NCBI GenBank assembly: GCA_964270895.1
Contig: OZ185440.1
DNA length: 64,000 nucleotides
Source: Podarcis filfolensis
Taxonomy: Eukaryota
Direction: 5' to 3' (one strand)
The notes under the pieces were generated by a model that worked only from the letters and a program-made list of their open reading frames with translations, searched no databases and was not told the DNA's origin. Positions 38,434 through 51,100 of the stretch are shown here, piece by piece. Position numbers and translations under genes: made by a program. Position 1 is the stretch's first letter, and every line of letters starts with the position of its first letter.

Positions 38434-39169
38434 TTAAAGAGCCGCCCCTTTTTTAGTTCAAAGTTAAGACACACACACACGTTTTCTCAAGAAAATGGTA
38501 CAAAGTAATCTAGTACATTATTTTACTCTGTTGGAAGCTGAAGAGTATGAAAGAAAAGATGCATACTAAGCTTACATTAAAATGTTGTATACCTCAATTT
38601 TAAGCAACGCTACACAAGACCTGTCATAGCAAACTGCCTTATACCAAATCAGACTTTGTCCATTTAGTCCAGTAGCATCATCTCTGAAGTGTCTCAGGAA
38701 GTAACCCTATTCATCAGAAAGTATTCTTTCTATTCATCATCTTCCACCCGATTCTTTAAAATATTGATATGAATTGAACATGGGACCCTTTGCACTGACC
38801 TACACTTTCTCTGGCAACATCCATGCAGAATACTCAGAAAAGCAAGTTCCATATAAACCAGGTGCTCTATGCAGCCTCCACTAACCATTACAGCAAGAGT
38901 AAAGTTTGATGATATTGAGAACTTTTGACTTGAAAGCTGTAATCTTGGATACTGTATACTTATTTACCCCATTCAACTCAATGCAACTTTCTTCCAAATA
39001 AATATGCATATAATACCAGGCTATTAAGATAGTTTCACATAAAAGCTTCCCTAGCAAAGTCCCCATTTTTATCATTAGCATCTGTCTTCATTTAAAGTCC
39101 TAAAACGACCTCTCACCACTCCCTGCTTTGCTTCTTTGCAGAACACGTTCAGGGACACACAACTTCCAT

Positions 39170-39680
39170 TTTACGATCGGCTTCTTATATACCATGCACG
39201 TGCTCCTCGAGGGAGACGGGCGCGAGGGCTAAACTAGTGTTAAGTCTCCCAAGCCCACACGCACTCCTACTTCAACTCTAGAGGAGCCGCGGCCTGGCTT
39301 AACAAACTGCCGCCTTCCAGCCGGGCACCCAATCCCCGCCCCGCATCCATGCCCCGTTTTCCATCTCCGACTCCCCTCCGGCCAAAACGAGCCGGGCAGG
39401 GAGGAAGAGCAAGGCGCCCATGCGTAGCAAAGTGAGGAGCCGGGCCGACCAGGCGCAGGATGGGGGCGATGCGAGGAAGATGGGACGGCCAGAGCAAGGC
39501 CTTACCGTGGCGGCGGCAAGAGGCTCGAACGCTGGAAAGGAAGGAGCATGCGCAGTGCGAGCACTTCCTCTCTTAGAAGGACCCTTGCGTTTAAAGAGGT
39601 GGCTACTGCGCTGCCCGAGAGTTCTGTTCTCTGTGTCCCTGCTCAACTATCGTGGACCCGGAAATAGGGAAAGCGTCTGA
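39170..39680 (-). promoter_or_regulatory. RPS10: RPS10 CpG-island promoter
   Basis: CpG-rich block. NRF1-like TGCGCATGC immediately upstream of the TOP (39546-39554); ETS/GABP-like GGAAGTG at ~39562-39568 and CCGGAA at ~39658; no TATA at -30. Confidence 0.8.
39506..39546 (-). other. RPS10: RPS10 non-coding exon 1 with 5' terminal oligopyrimidine (TOP) tract
   Basis: Minus strand CTCCTTCCTTTCC (39546-39534), then AGCGTTCGAGCCTCTTGCCGCCGCCACG|GTAAGG donor at 39505. C-initiated pyrimidine tract is typical of ribosomal protein TSSs; exact TSS is approximate. Confidence 0.85.
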
Positions 39681-40049
39681 TTAGAAATACTAGTCTAATT
39701 GCTACTCAGGGAAGCCGTAATTATAGCTGTCTCTGATGTATGTTACTTTATTTTCTTGTGAAAGTTTTTTTTTAAAAAAAAACCACCATAAATATACAAT
39801 GAAGACCCAAAACTGTAATAAGTAATGATGTCTCTAATTAACCTTTTGTGTACACTTCTTTATTTCATACATTACCAAGCAAAATACAGCTAAGCCTAGC
39901 ATTTGCTGCATTAAAGCAGTCTTGGGAATAAGGAAGTACTGGGGCTTGAATCAATTTTGTGCTTAGAATCTGGGTGCTACTGAGGCCTTTTCTATATTGA
40001 TATATCCGTGCGGCAAATTAATTACAACGTTGCATTCATACACTGGCGT

Positions 40050-40350
40050 CTTCCAGTTGGGCTCCTGCAGTTGCACTCTTGCGAGGGGCTGCCTTTCAAG
40101 ACCGATCAGAAACTCGTAACTGGCACAAGATTAACCCTCCACCCTCCCATTCCTGACGGGTGCCAGGTGGTCAAAGCATGCTACACCTATATTGGTCAGT
40201 TGCACAGGTTGCCAGCACGTTTCCAGGCCCAATTCAAAGTTCTGGATGTGTCCTTTAAAGCCCCTAGCAATTTGATTTAGCTAAAGGACCACCTACACCA
40301 GAGGTGGAGGCCCTCAGGACACCTTTGCCTCTGACCCCAACAACACCACT
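40050..40350 (+). mobile_element. L2-clade ORF2 C-terminal relic
   Basis: Peptide LHRLPARFQAQFKVLDVSFKA resembles the L2 LHWLPVRFRAQFKVLVLTFKAL motif. Confidence 0.65.
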
Positions 40351-40519
40351 GGTATGTGGCCCTTGGGAATGGAGTGTGGCCCTCAGAAATAACCAGTAGG
40401 TTTCTCACCACTGGCCTAGGATCGCCGTATTTCAAAAAGTGAAAATCCAGACACAAGAGAGGGAAAGAGAAGTTTTTGAGCTATTTTTAAGTAAATTCGC
40501 CAAAATCTACACTTCCTAC

Positions 40520-40635
40520 ATGGGTTGCCATACGTCTGTATTTCCCCAGACATTTAAGTGTTTTCCGCCCAGGCACTGTTTCCGACGGGTGAATCCCGGC
40601 AATGTCTGGGAAATTCCAGACGTATGGCAACCCTA
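40520..40635. mobile_element. Short hAT-like MITE upstream of RPS10
   Basis: 17-bp perfect inverted termini gggttgccatacgtctg / cagacgtatggcaaccc; no TSD recognised. Confidence 0.7.
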
Positions 40636-41969
40636 GATTATCATCATCATCATTAAATGTCATTTAATAATGCCAGGCTACCTGTACCTCAAAATCTACA
40701 TCAGAGAGTCTGCTCAGAAGCCTTATCCCTTATATCCTGTCAGTGAGCTTTGAAGACCTACTTTTTCCATGGCGCTCTTGATGGGCTAAACTGAGTGCCT
40801 TTGGGAGCAAGGGTGGGGTGTCAATTTAATAATAAATAAATAAAAGCTTGGGTCATAAATGGGCTGCTAGGCTGAAGCCATCTGAATTTTTATTGCTACA
40901 GTTTCATTGTTTGGCAATGGATTTCAGGGTTAGTCTTATTATAAATGAATATTTTAAATGGTTTTTTTATTGTGTTTGGCTTTGTATGTGCATTTATGTT
41001 ATGAGATGCTTTGTGAAGCATGTGCTTAAAAAGTGGGCTATAAATCATTTAAATAAAGAAGTAATGGAAGGGTTGCTGTGTTATATTACACAATGAAAAA
41101 ATGCAGGATGCAGGGCATGCAGAGAACTGGGCTGCGCAAGTAAACACAGAATGCAACAAAAAATTGTCTGCAAGGGGGTTTATGCCTGTACAGCTGCATG
41201 AGATCCTGCATCCCTGCAGGGGTCAACATTTTGAACTGAAGGAATTAAGGGAGCTATAAAAATACTGACCATTCACAATAGCAATAATTGGTGATAACTC
41301 AAACATCTTTGCTATATTATTTAACACTGGTAGTGGGAAAGGTGACTCTTTCTTGATTTCTTAATATATTCTAATTCAACAATTTTACCCTGGAGTGAAG
41401 TCTCTGAAATTCTCTTCTCATCCCTAGGTTTAAATATCTGTGGCCTGTTGTTGCTGGTGAGTAGCTATTCAGATAAGGTAGCTGTGTGCAATGAAGAACA
41501 GGTTTCCCACCTACAGCTGGTAACCAGTTGACCTTGGCTCTCTTTACTCCCTTAAAAATATTTGACTTCCTAACCGAGTTCTTATGGGGATGCCATGGTG
41601 AAATTGTTTGGTAGGATAGTTCAAATACAGTTACCAAGGAAATATATGTGAAAATGCTTTTCTATGTGTAAAGATTAAACAAAAGTTCCTTTTCTCCCTC
41701 GGGGGTATGGGAAACTTTCATAAACTATGGTCTTGCCCACAGAAGACCAGAAGGGGGCAGTGTAATTATTAAAATAAACTAGGTTCCTGAAATTTTCACC
41801 AAGGCGGGCCTTAAATGATTCTTAGAAAGTGATGTAGAAACAAAATACAGTATCCTCCCTCTTTCTACTGGTCCACTCTCACACTTGTGTCATGCGTCAC
41901 AGAGCTAACATATTCACTGAGTACTTCTTTTTTTCTCATTGTTATTAAGAAATGCAATGGATAAAAATA

Positions 41970-42195
41970 CAGTGGTACCTCAGGTTAAGTACTTAATTCG
42001 TTCCGGAAGTCCGTTCTTAACCTGAAACTGTTATTAACCTGAGGCACCACTTTAGCTAATGGGGCCTCCTGCTGCCACCACGCCGCCAGAGCACAATTTC
42101 TGTTCTCATCCTGAAGCAAAGTTCTTAACCTGAGGTATTATTTCTGGGTTAGCGGAGTCTGTAACCTGAAGCGTCTGTAACCTGAGGTACCACTG
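41970..42195. mobile_element. Tc1/mariner (Tigger-like) MITE
   Basis: TA|cagtggtacctcaggtta ... taacctgaggtaccactg|TA; 18-bp perfect TIR; internal ttaacctga repeats. Confidence 0.9.
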
Positions 42196-42392
42196 TACAG
42201 ATGTTTACCGCAAATAGAACAAGCTAAGGAAGGGAAATTGGTGCAAGGTCCTGATCTAGTTCAGGCACACATTCTGGATCAGGGCCCGCTGACTGCTTTT
42301 TCTTCAAAATAAAAGTGACTGGTTTAAAAGCATGCTTTTAAAAAAGTGTGAATCATCTTGGTTTCAAAGAATATCACAGAGTATTTTCTTTT

Positions 42393-43310
42393 TGGCCCCT
42401 GCAGCTGTGCTGTGGGATGTCACAGGACGCCATCCTTTCCTCAATGTTATGTAACATGTATATGAAATCATTGGGCGCTGTCATTAGAAGATTTTGTGCA
42501 AGGTGTCATCAGTATGATGATGATGATATCCAGATTTATTTCTGTGTAACACTTGAATTAGGAGAAGCCATTCAAGCCATAGGCCAGTGGCTGAATGAGG
42601 GCCAACAAACTGATTCTGAATTCTGGCAAGCCACAGGTATTGTGGGTGAGCAGTACCCAAGTCTGGATAATTGGTCAATCACTTGCTTTGGAAGGGGGTC
42701 ATACTCCCTCTGAAAGAGGAGGTTCATAGTTTAGGGATGCTAATTGATCCATCCCTGTTACTAGAGGCCTAGGTGAGCCCAGTAACTAGGAGTGCCTTCT
42801 ACCAGCTTTGATTGAGAACATCTCCAAATCTTCTGGTTGGCCCAGAAGATGTAGCCAGTGTCAAATGCAATGGCTTGACTGTTGGCACAGAATATCACCA
42901 TCATGTAACCCTATTGCTAAAATAATTGCACTGGCTGCCAATGAGCTGCCAGGCTAAGTTCAAGGTACTAGTGCTAATGTACGAAGCCTCTACACCTCTT
43001 CTATATCAAAGGGGTGCTCCTGCAGATGCCATCCCAGCAATAGGTCTGCCCTGTACAATGTAGGAATCAGACTTTTAATGTAGCAGCACCTGCCCTTTGG
43101 AACTTCCTCCCATGGAATATTAGACAGGCACTATCTCTATTAGCGTTTTGGTGACTGTTTAACACCTTCCTCTTCCAACAAGCATTCTTAAGTGGACATT
43201 TTTATCCCAGTCTTTATCTGCATCAGACTAGAAATTGTAATTTACATGTTTTTGTTGTTAATTGCTTCAGGTTGCTTCACCAGAGGCATTTCGTAAATGA
43301 AATGAAATAA
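42393..43310 (+). mobile_element. L2-clade LINE relic (RT domain through 3' tail)
   Basis: GMSQDAILSSMLCNMYMKSLGAVIRRFCARCHQYDDDDIQIYF is a decayed GVPQGSILSP..LFNIYM..HQYADDTQ RT motif; later LHWLPMSCQAKFKVLVL. Confidence 0.8.
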
Positions 43311-43320
43311 ATCATATGAT

Positions 43321-43769
43321 TGTCAGGGAGCTGCCATCAGCTGAGAGGCAAGAGGTGGAAGAGCCGTTGTTTTACAGGGAGCCTCCGAAGATCTTGCAAA
43401 GCAGTTCCTCCTCTGGTGAGGAGGAAAGCCCCGCCTCCAGTGGGGAGGGGGTGCAGGGACCAGAAGATGCTAGGGAGAGTCCCAACACCGAGCCTGAGCA
43501 AACCAGAGAGGAGGGAAGTACCCCTTTGCCAACGCCCACTCTGCGCAGGAGGTTTGGGCGCAGAGAGGGGAGGAGAAGGATGGGGGTCACACGACTGTTA
43601 TGCTGGGGGGGGTACAAGGACCGGCCACGCCCAGATTCTGCTAGCGACTGATCGGACATGGACTTGTGATGCTCTGCACTGTAAATAGTTTGTATTAATA
43701 ATAAAGCTTGGAAAAGACAGGTTGGAGTCTTGCCTGTTTGCTCTCGAGCAACCACACCAACATCTGACA
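43321..43769 (+). mobile_element. Probable solo LTR (Gypsy/Ty3-like)
   Basis: 449 bp; TGTCAG...CTGACA termini; 5-bp flanks atgat/atggt (4/5); AATAAA at 43700-43705. Confidence 0.7.
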
Positions 43770-45282
43770 ATGGTCCTAAGGGTGGGAGTTATCAGAGTCT
43801 ACCTTAAGCACACTTCAGTTGGAGGATGGCATTCATAGAGCTGTATCTTCACAAGAGCCCTTCCAAGCCTTGAAAACATTATTCATTATAGTTTTGCACA
43901 TGTAAGCCAATCTTCTCCCACATACCAGCACCTCTGCACTCTTTCGAAAACTGCGCCTGCTCATTTCTGTCTGTTGTGCAGCTCTTAAGAGCGATAGACC
44001 TGTGTTAGGGGGGAGGTAGCAACCCTAGATATTAAATAGAAGCCACTGAACCTTTCAGATTAAGTGATATAGTCTTTGGCTTCCACTCCTCAACCTTTCC
44101 AGGACAACAGGGAAACCAGCAGATTTTCTTGCTGATCAAATCAAGCATCATGTGGCTCCACCTAAAATCCAGCTCAGCCTTCTGATTGGACAAAAAAGCC
44201 CATTTTCCCCAAATAATCCTGAGAAGTGTAGTTTGTTAAGGGTGGTGGGAGCTGTCGCTCTGTGAGGGGTACATTTCCCAGGATTCTCTGGGGGAAGTCA
44301 TGTGCTTTAAATGAGCGTTGAATGTGCTTTAAATGTATGGTGTGGGGTCTGCTTAAAAGTTACTCTTCATGTTCCTTCCGTTTTAAAAGCAACTCCTTTC
44401 AAAAGTCTGAGCCAGAGCAGTGGAGAGATGGAGCTCCTCTACACCAGCCTAGTTTCATCACAGCCATGTACCAGTTTAACATATCACATTGCATCTATGC
44501 CACCAATCAGGGACTGTGTAAAAGAGAATGAATAATACAGGAGAAGGGTAGCAGTCAGCTTTGGCTGAGTAGACAGTGAGAGAGAGGTTCTCCAGAGGAC
44601 TGTCAATGCTGTCCCAGCTCAAATAACTATGCTCTTGTTTCTGGGGCATATGTAAACCAACCAACAAAGAGCCACTTACTAGATGCAAGGTCTGAAGGAA
44701 AGGGTGTCTGTAACATCTCAAATCAATGCCAGAGAGCAGGTGTGAGTGTATATACTCCATGCTAATGTAAAAGGAAGAAATTAACATCACAGACTAAGGC
44801 TGCAAAACACATTTGGATCTGTGTCCTGTTCTGTGCTCCCTCTTTTACTTTTCCTTGCTTCATATATTTACCTACACCCATCTAGAATTATTACTGTGAA
44901 TCCTTCCGCCTCCTCTTTTGCCTCCTCTGGATAAAATGCATGTGGTGTTGCCATTCATGTACATCTCCCTTTCCCTGCAAATACCGTATGTTCACCTTTG
45001 CAAGGATCTTCATTATCCAATGGATGTTTTATTTACTTCAAATCGCATATAGGGAATTGGATCCAACTGGTAGGCAAAATCCTTATCCTCACCCCCACCT
45101 AGCCACACAAGCCAAGGTTGACGAGTGGGTAGTGCTACACACCTGTCATTGTGATGTCAGGTGACCCAATTCTGCCTGGATGGATGATCAGCTGATAGTT
45201 GGGTCTTGCATGATAGCTCTATGTGCTGCCCTTTTCAAATCCCACCAATCAGCTGATGTAAGGGCTTTGCTGGTGCTTCTGA

Positions 45283-45483
45283 GCATAGGAATACAGTAAA
45301 CTGCTTTATTCTGAGTCACACTGTTCATCCATCTAGCTCAGGATAGTCTACACTGAGCTGGCAGCAGCTCTCCGAGATTTTAAACACGGGTCTCTCCCAG
45401 CCCTACCTGGGCATGCCACGAATTGAACCTGGTGTCTCCTGCATGCAAATCATGTACTTTACCATTGAGCTATGGTTCCTTCC
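45283..45483 (-). mobile_element. tRNA-derived SINE (squamate Squam-type)
   Basis: Minus-strand Pol III box A TAGCTCAATGG (45472-45462) and box B GGTTCAATTC (45429-45420), then the caggtagggctgggagagaccc...gagctagatgga body. A decayed copy lies at ~38625-38790. Confidence 0.75.
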
Positions 45484-46045
45484 CAAACTCTCAGACTACT
45501 TTAGAAATGCACATTTAGGGCATGTCCCAGCATTGTGTTGTGTGGATAAGCAGCGCTTTGAGTCAGAATACTAGTAGTCACTCACAAGCATGCCCAAGGC
45601 CAGTCCCTAAGCCAACTGTTGCAAGTTCAGACATATATGAAGGATCAGCATGGGTGGCAAAGCTACTGTAATGCCTCACATAGTGGTGGTACCTCTAAAC
45701 TTCCACAGTGGGGAATATTCTCTAGGGCTTCCAAAGGCTATGCAGTTACTGAAGGAATTTAGAACTGCCATCATTATTCCGTCTGCTTTTACTCTTGCTG
45801 TCTGAGCTGATCCTGCCAGGCCATCTGGTCTAAGAGCAATCAGCACAGGAGCTGGAACCTTCAATGTGGGTTGTCTGACTCGTAATCTGATTCAGAATGC
45901 TGATCCCTGCAAAATGCTATATATAGAAGCGACCATTTTTTGAGGTACTCCCAGTTGCGCTTCCTGATTCAGCACTATCATTACTGCTGGGAGCCACATC
46001 TGCAAGTGCCCTTACTTTGCCTTAGGGAACTTCCAGATTGTCTCT

Positions 46046-46166
46046 ATTTTGGGGTGGCATTCAATCGCATACTGCCAAATTCAGATTGTGCAATTCGGGT
46101 TAATTTTGGGGTGGCATTCAATCGCATACTGCCAAATTCAGATTGTGCAATTTGGGTTAATTTTGG
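46046..46166. repeat. 57-bp tandem duplication (2 units + 7 bp)
   Basis: Units start at 46046 and 46103; one mismatch (C46096/T46153). Confidence 0.95.
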
Positions 46167-46996
46167 TTTTCTTGTGCAACAAACCTTCTTCCTCCACCCC
46201 CACCTCCAAAGTGACAGGAAAATGCACTGGGAAGTGCAGGATTAGGATAGCAAATGCTTCATGCACTATTGCATAACCTCCCTGCAAACAAATCAGAATA
46301 AATGCTTACTAAATAGCCAGCATCATTCAGCGTCCCCATAAACAAATAAATTGAGGAGGAAGACACAACAAAGAAGTCTGGAAGTGACCTTTGAGGCTAG
46401 GACACAGGTAGGGTGGGTTGGATTCCAGGACACCCCACAGAGTTCATTTTCTGCCCCAAATTGTTTTGGAGGAGATGACTTCCGTCTGCACACAAGGCCC
46501 TTGGGTAGACAGAACCCCACTGCTTTCAGCCTAGACAGGAACTGCTCAAGCATCATGTCAAAAGGAGAGGCAGCTGTGGAGAGGCAGGTGCCATTTGTCT
46601 TTAATGGCAAATGAGCCAGCCGCTCTCATGCAGAAAGGCTGCAGTAATGTGGGTGTCATGGCAAGAAATGGCAAGAGTAGGCAGCTCATTTCCATCAAGG
46701 TCAGAAGCTATATCTGACAAGTTAAGTACGGTAAGTTTGTTCCCGTTTGGAACTTAGTTGGGTGACTGTACAGAGTGCAGGAAATGTTATAGAGCAAACC
46801 TCCTTTCTACCTTTGATTAAATCAGGATCAAGTCTCCTCAACTCCCACCTAGTCAATGCTTTGACTTGCCTCAGGAAATATCAGGCTGTCATTTGATTTG
46901 GTTTGGTTTGGTTGTTTTTGCAATTTAACCATTTTCTCATGACACAAAAGAGAACAAAGTCAGAAGCAAACATTTTTGAGGTGATGTGAACTTTTC

Positions 46997-47137
46997 CATG
47001 GGTGTAGCCAGGGGGCAGCTGCCCTCCTCCAAATCAAGTAAATAAATAAAAATACTTAACAATCTGACCAATTGCATCGCAGAAAGCTCGCTTCTGCCCC
47101 CTCCCATAAATCTTGCGCCCCCTAACATATGCCCATG
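46997..47137. mobile_element. hAT MITE, same family as 18783-18918, opposite orientation
   Basis: catgggtgtagccagg terminus; shared core attggtcag...gttaagtattt.tatt..tttacttgat; no TSD. Confidence 0.7.
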
Positions 47138-48044
47138 TTTGGGGCAGTAAGTAAATGGTAACATTATGCCATAGCATTGTTTAGAAGGAAAGCTGTTTCT
47201 TCAGTCCATTTGTCCTGGATTCAGGAAATCATCTTTCCTTCATTTGGAAGTTACACGTTTTTGTTGTTTCAGTTACATAACAAATTCCTTTGGCTGCAGT
47301 GCAATTATTCCACATCTACAGCAGCAGCAGTATGCATGAGAAGAAAATATTGGCCAGTCAAAGCCCGAGACATATTCCCTGGAGTTCAGGACTATTCTGG
47401 GCTGACTGTGTCAAGCAAGAAAGAAAAACTGCAGACAGAAATGTTGATGGGGTGGGGGATTTGTACAGGAGCAGTGTCACGCTACCTTTCTTACGTTCCA
47501 CTGCAGACCATAAAGCATGACTGTTTTGTGATTTTTAGTTTTGTCCTAATAAAAGCAGTATGATACCTTTCCAGTTTGGATTGTATCAAGTGTAACACAT
47601 CGCCACAAGAGGGCAAACGAGTGGCCTGATTCTCTCACAGCAGGTTTTCGTCAATGGGGTTCAGTTTCTTTTGTTTAATAATTACAACGTTCTTTTCTAA
47701 AAGCGTATACCACAGAATCCATCTTTGCATGTACTCAGATTGTACATACTGCAAGGCAGGTAATCCAAGGATTATTTTCTGCATTACTCATATGTAGCCC
47801 ATCTTTTTATCTGCAGAGTTTTCCAAACATGTTTACAATGTCTAGCAGCAGTGATATTTATTTTACTTTAAGGTTATTTTTATACAAGCTGTTTCAGTAT
47901 AATGCACATGGGCAAAACATAGTTCATTTTTTAAAAAGGAAACAAACAAAGCCACAATGCCTGCTTCCAGACATAGCCCCAGTCATTGCTCTTCAGCTGT
48001 AAGCTACAAGCACAATTGCAACTGGCTATCCACATTATCTAGAG

Positions 48045-48183
48045 CAGTTCTGGGGAAGCTGTGTTCCTCCAGGTGTTGTTGGATTCCCAACTCCTGTCAG
48101 CCCCAGCAAGCATAGCCAATGGCCAGGGATGATGGGAATTGGAGTTCAGCAACAGCTGGAGGAACACAGCTTCCCTGTGCCTG
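48045..48183. mobile_element. hAT-Charlie MITE
   Basis: Palindromic arms gggaagctgtgttcctccag / ctggaggaacacagcttccc; TSD atctagag/atctatag (7/8) fits the NTCTAGAN target. Confidence 0.8.
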
Positions 48184-51100
48184 ATCTATAGTATCATGCC
48201 TCTTTTGTGTGTACATTGTGCTATCTTCTGTCCATATCAGTGGGTATGACATAGATGCTTTGATTGGTAACTCTTTGAAGCTCAGCACACATTCACTATA
48301 ACTGTTCTGCTGGGTACCACTTTATGACCCCTTTTCATTTTTTAAAATAAATTGTTTAATCATTGGTTAAACAGTTTTCCAGCTACTCCCCCCCCCCTTA
48401 ATTGCGATAATATTCCTTTCAGCCCACACAGGGGCTAAATATGTGATTGACATCAGGTCTGCTTTAGCTCTGAAAATCTGGTGGTGGGAACTGTTGAAGT
48501 AACAAGGAAGAAAGAATGAGAAAGGGGAGAAGAAAGGAGAAAGAGTGGAGGGAAGTAGAAGGGGAAATGGGAGGTGGAAGAAAGGGACAAATTTGGAAAA
48601 GGCTAGATAAAAGGGCAAATATAAGGGGGGGCAGGAATGGGAAATAGGGGGATCCCAGGAAAGGGAGAGCACTTACACCCCCTGATCTTATTTTTTGCTT
48701 TCTCTGCAGTAATGTTTTCACCTTGTGCTGTCAGCGAGTCATTACTCACAGCCTGGCCACCGATTGGCTGGCTAAAAATGCCTCTCTAATCTCTGGGCTG
48801 ATCTTTACCCCCCTCCTCCCCATCTGCTGTGACCTTCCTTCCAATGTGTACAGGCAGAGAAAGAAAGGGAAGAATCCAGTATAGTTCCTTTGCCAGGCAA
48901 ACTGGCATCCTAAACTGAAAGTGAGCCAGGCAGGCCAGACTGTTATCAACCTGACGGGCACTGGGACCTCACTTATCTGGCAGCATCTGATGGTCTCTAC
49001 AACCACTCCAGAAAGGTAGGCCATGAGGGATTCTCCCGTCCCTTAAGAGCATCTTTATTGTGTCATCTGGGGGGTTGTACTCACATTACAGCAGGCTGTT
49101 CCATCAGCCAGGTGGTCCACGGCATCAGACTACATTTGTTGGGATGGAGCCAGCCTTGGCAGGGTTGTATGTCGCTTTTAGTATGCCGGCAGCCAATCTG
49201 CTAGGCTAAGGTTAGGCCTATAATGCTCCCATGGGACAAGCTGGCATCAGGTGACTGTTGAGAACCGTAGAACAGCATAAGGTCCTGTTTCTAATTGCTG
49301 TGCTGCCGTCATTCCATTCATGCTCACAAAAGACACAGACACTCATGAGGCATTCTCACAAGGGGTAGCACCACGTCGTGTAAGGATCCACCTTTGGTTA
49401 TGGCAGGGTTTTTGTTTTGGGTGATTTCCACCTCCCAACAGTTCAAATTACCCTCAATGGCTCTTATTTCACCACTTCAGTTCAATAGCTCCCTCCCAGC
49501 ATAAGCAAAGCCCAGAGGATTCATTAGATGCTATCCAGGTAGACAGAGAAGCATCACTTATTATACAAAAGCTGGTGGCTAGGAATGAGGTTGATGGATG
49601 TGTTGTGTCTGAGAGGTGCTGGGTAGTCTCTAGCTGAGTTCTTATACACAGTTGTTATAGATGTGTCATGTCATATTTCTTGTGTATGCTGCAACATGGG
49701 CATTGATGGCACTATACAAATAAAACTGAAACCCAGAACATATTCAACACATGATATAGAAATATGGTGTGACTGTGATCTGGAAGCTCTATCAGTGTAA
49801 TACGCAGACGCCAAACAACATTTAGCGTACCATCTTGGTTGCAATTGTGATTTGCTGTCCCTGACGGGAAAATAAACACAAAGCTGGCACCATCTTAAGA
49901 TCAGCTGTTCTGTCTCTGATAAGCGCTGATCCATAAGCTCTACAGAATCTATCTGGGTCTCCTTGGTTTTAGCTTTATACCTTTTTACACTGCCAGCTGT
50001 TTCTAAGGCAGCCATGCAGGAGAGGAAACAGATTAGTGGGAAATGATTAGCCTAGTAGGGTGTTTTCCAGGTCTCCACTAGCATAGTCTTCCAAGGAAGA
50101 CTACGCAGTTATCCATTGGCACAGTCTTTTCTGTCTCTGCTCCTATGTAATGAAAAGCCCCTCCCACCTGAACATCAACAATGGGAAAAGGCATAAAGAA
50201 ACACCACTACTTCAGTCCTGCATGACAAGAACAACAGCAACAGAGCAAATTTATGCAGGTCTACTCAGGAAAGTGTGTATAGCATTGCAGCCTAAGAGAC
50301 TGATAAGCTCAAATTTGAGAATGGAAAATTATATCTGCACTTGGCTGGAGTAGTTCAGCGATGGGGGCGGGATCACATTTTAATATTAATAAAGTTATAA
50401 ACAAAAGGCTCATGTGTTGTCTGGAAATATGCCAGGGAGCCACATTTGGACTTGGCTTTCTGATGCAAAGTACAGAAGGTTACTATGCTGTAACAGCTGT
50501 AGCATTTGAGGTGGCCTTGAATGAAAACTAACTTTGTCAATGTAGATTCATCTTACCATTACTTAGGGAGTAGTTTAGTGACTCTCTTAAAACAGTTTAG
50601 TTTTCTGAGTATCAAGAGATGCCCACACTTGCTGCTAGAAGACACTACTTTTCCAGACAAAGTTTTTGATAGCGTTGCCTTCCGTTCCTTTCATTCCATC
50701 TTGTTCCTGCTAAGAAACTCTTCAAAATGTTAATCTCTTTAATGGTATATGTACACCCAGCGCAGCTCCCTGAATTATTAATGGTCAGTGCAATCCCTTG
50801 CATATCTACTCAGAAGTAAACCTCAGTGATGCTTACTCCTGGGTAAATGTATAAAGGATTGGAGCCTTAGATACCTAGGACCTCAACCACTCTGAATCTA
50901 GTGCCAGGCTATTTTATGCCCTTGCATGCACATACCTCCCAAAATTGCTAACTTCAATTTTCAAAAGAGATGTCTTGTAGAAAAAACAACAAGCACAAAA
51001 CTTGAAACTGCTAAATTTATTTTAAATTGCAAGAATAAGTAATACAAAAATATTTTATTATTTTTCTCAAATACAAAAGAAAATGTTTTAGCACACAAAT

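Noticed and set aside
39267-39680. ORFs over the RPS10 promoter and intron 1
   Set aside because: GC-island artefacts crossing the exon 1 donor; no homology recognised.
42348-42713. 121-aa ORF with reverse-transcriptase-like motif
   Set aside because: Decayed L2 RT (YADD mutated to YDDDD) with disrupted flanks; not a functional or domesticated gene.
46046-46166. Direct repeats as a CRISPR-like array
   Set aside because: Adjacent units with no spacers, in a vertebrate context; simple tandem duplication.
48504-48665. Long purine-rich tract producing Phe/Leu/Pro/Ser-rich minus-strand ORFs
   Set aside because: Low-complexity GA sequence without mirror symmetry or splice support.
50084-50103. 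9-bp hairpin tagtcttcc-aa-ggaagacta
   Set aside because: Short enough to arise by chance in 64 kb, and probably within an unclassified old repeat.
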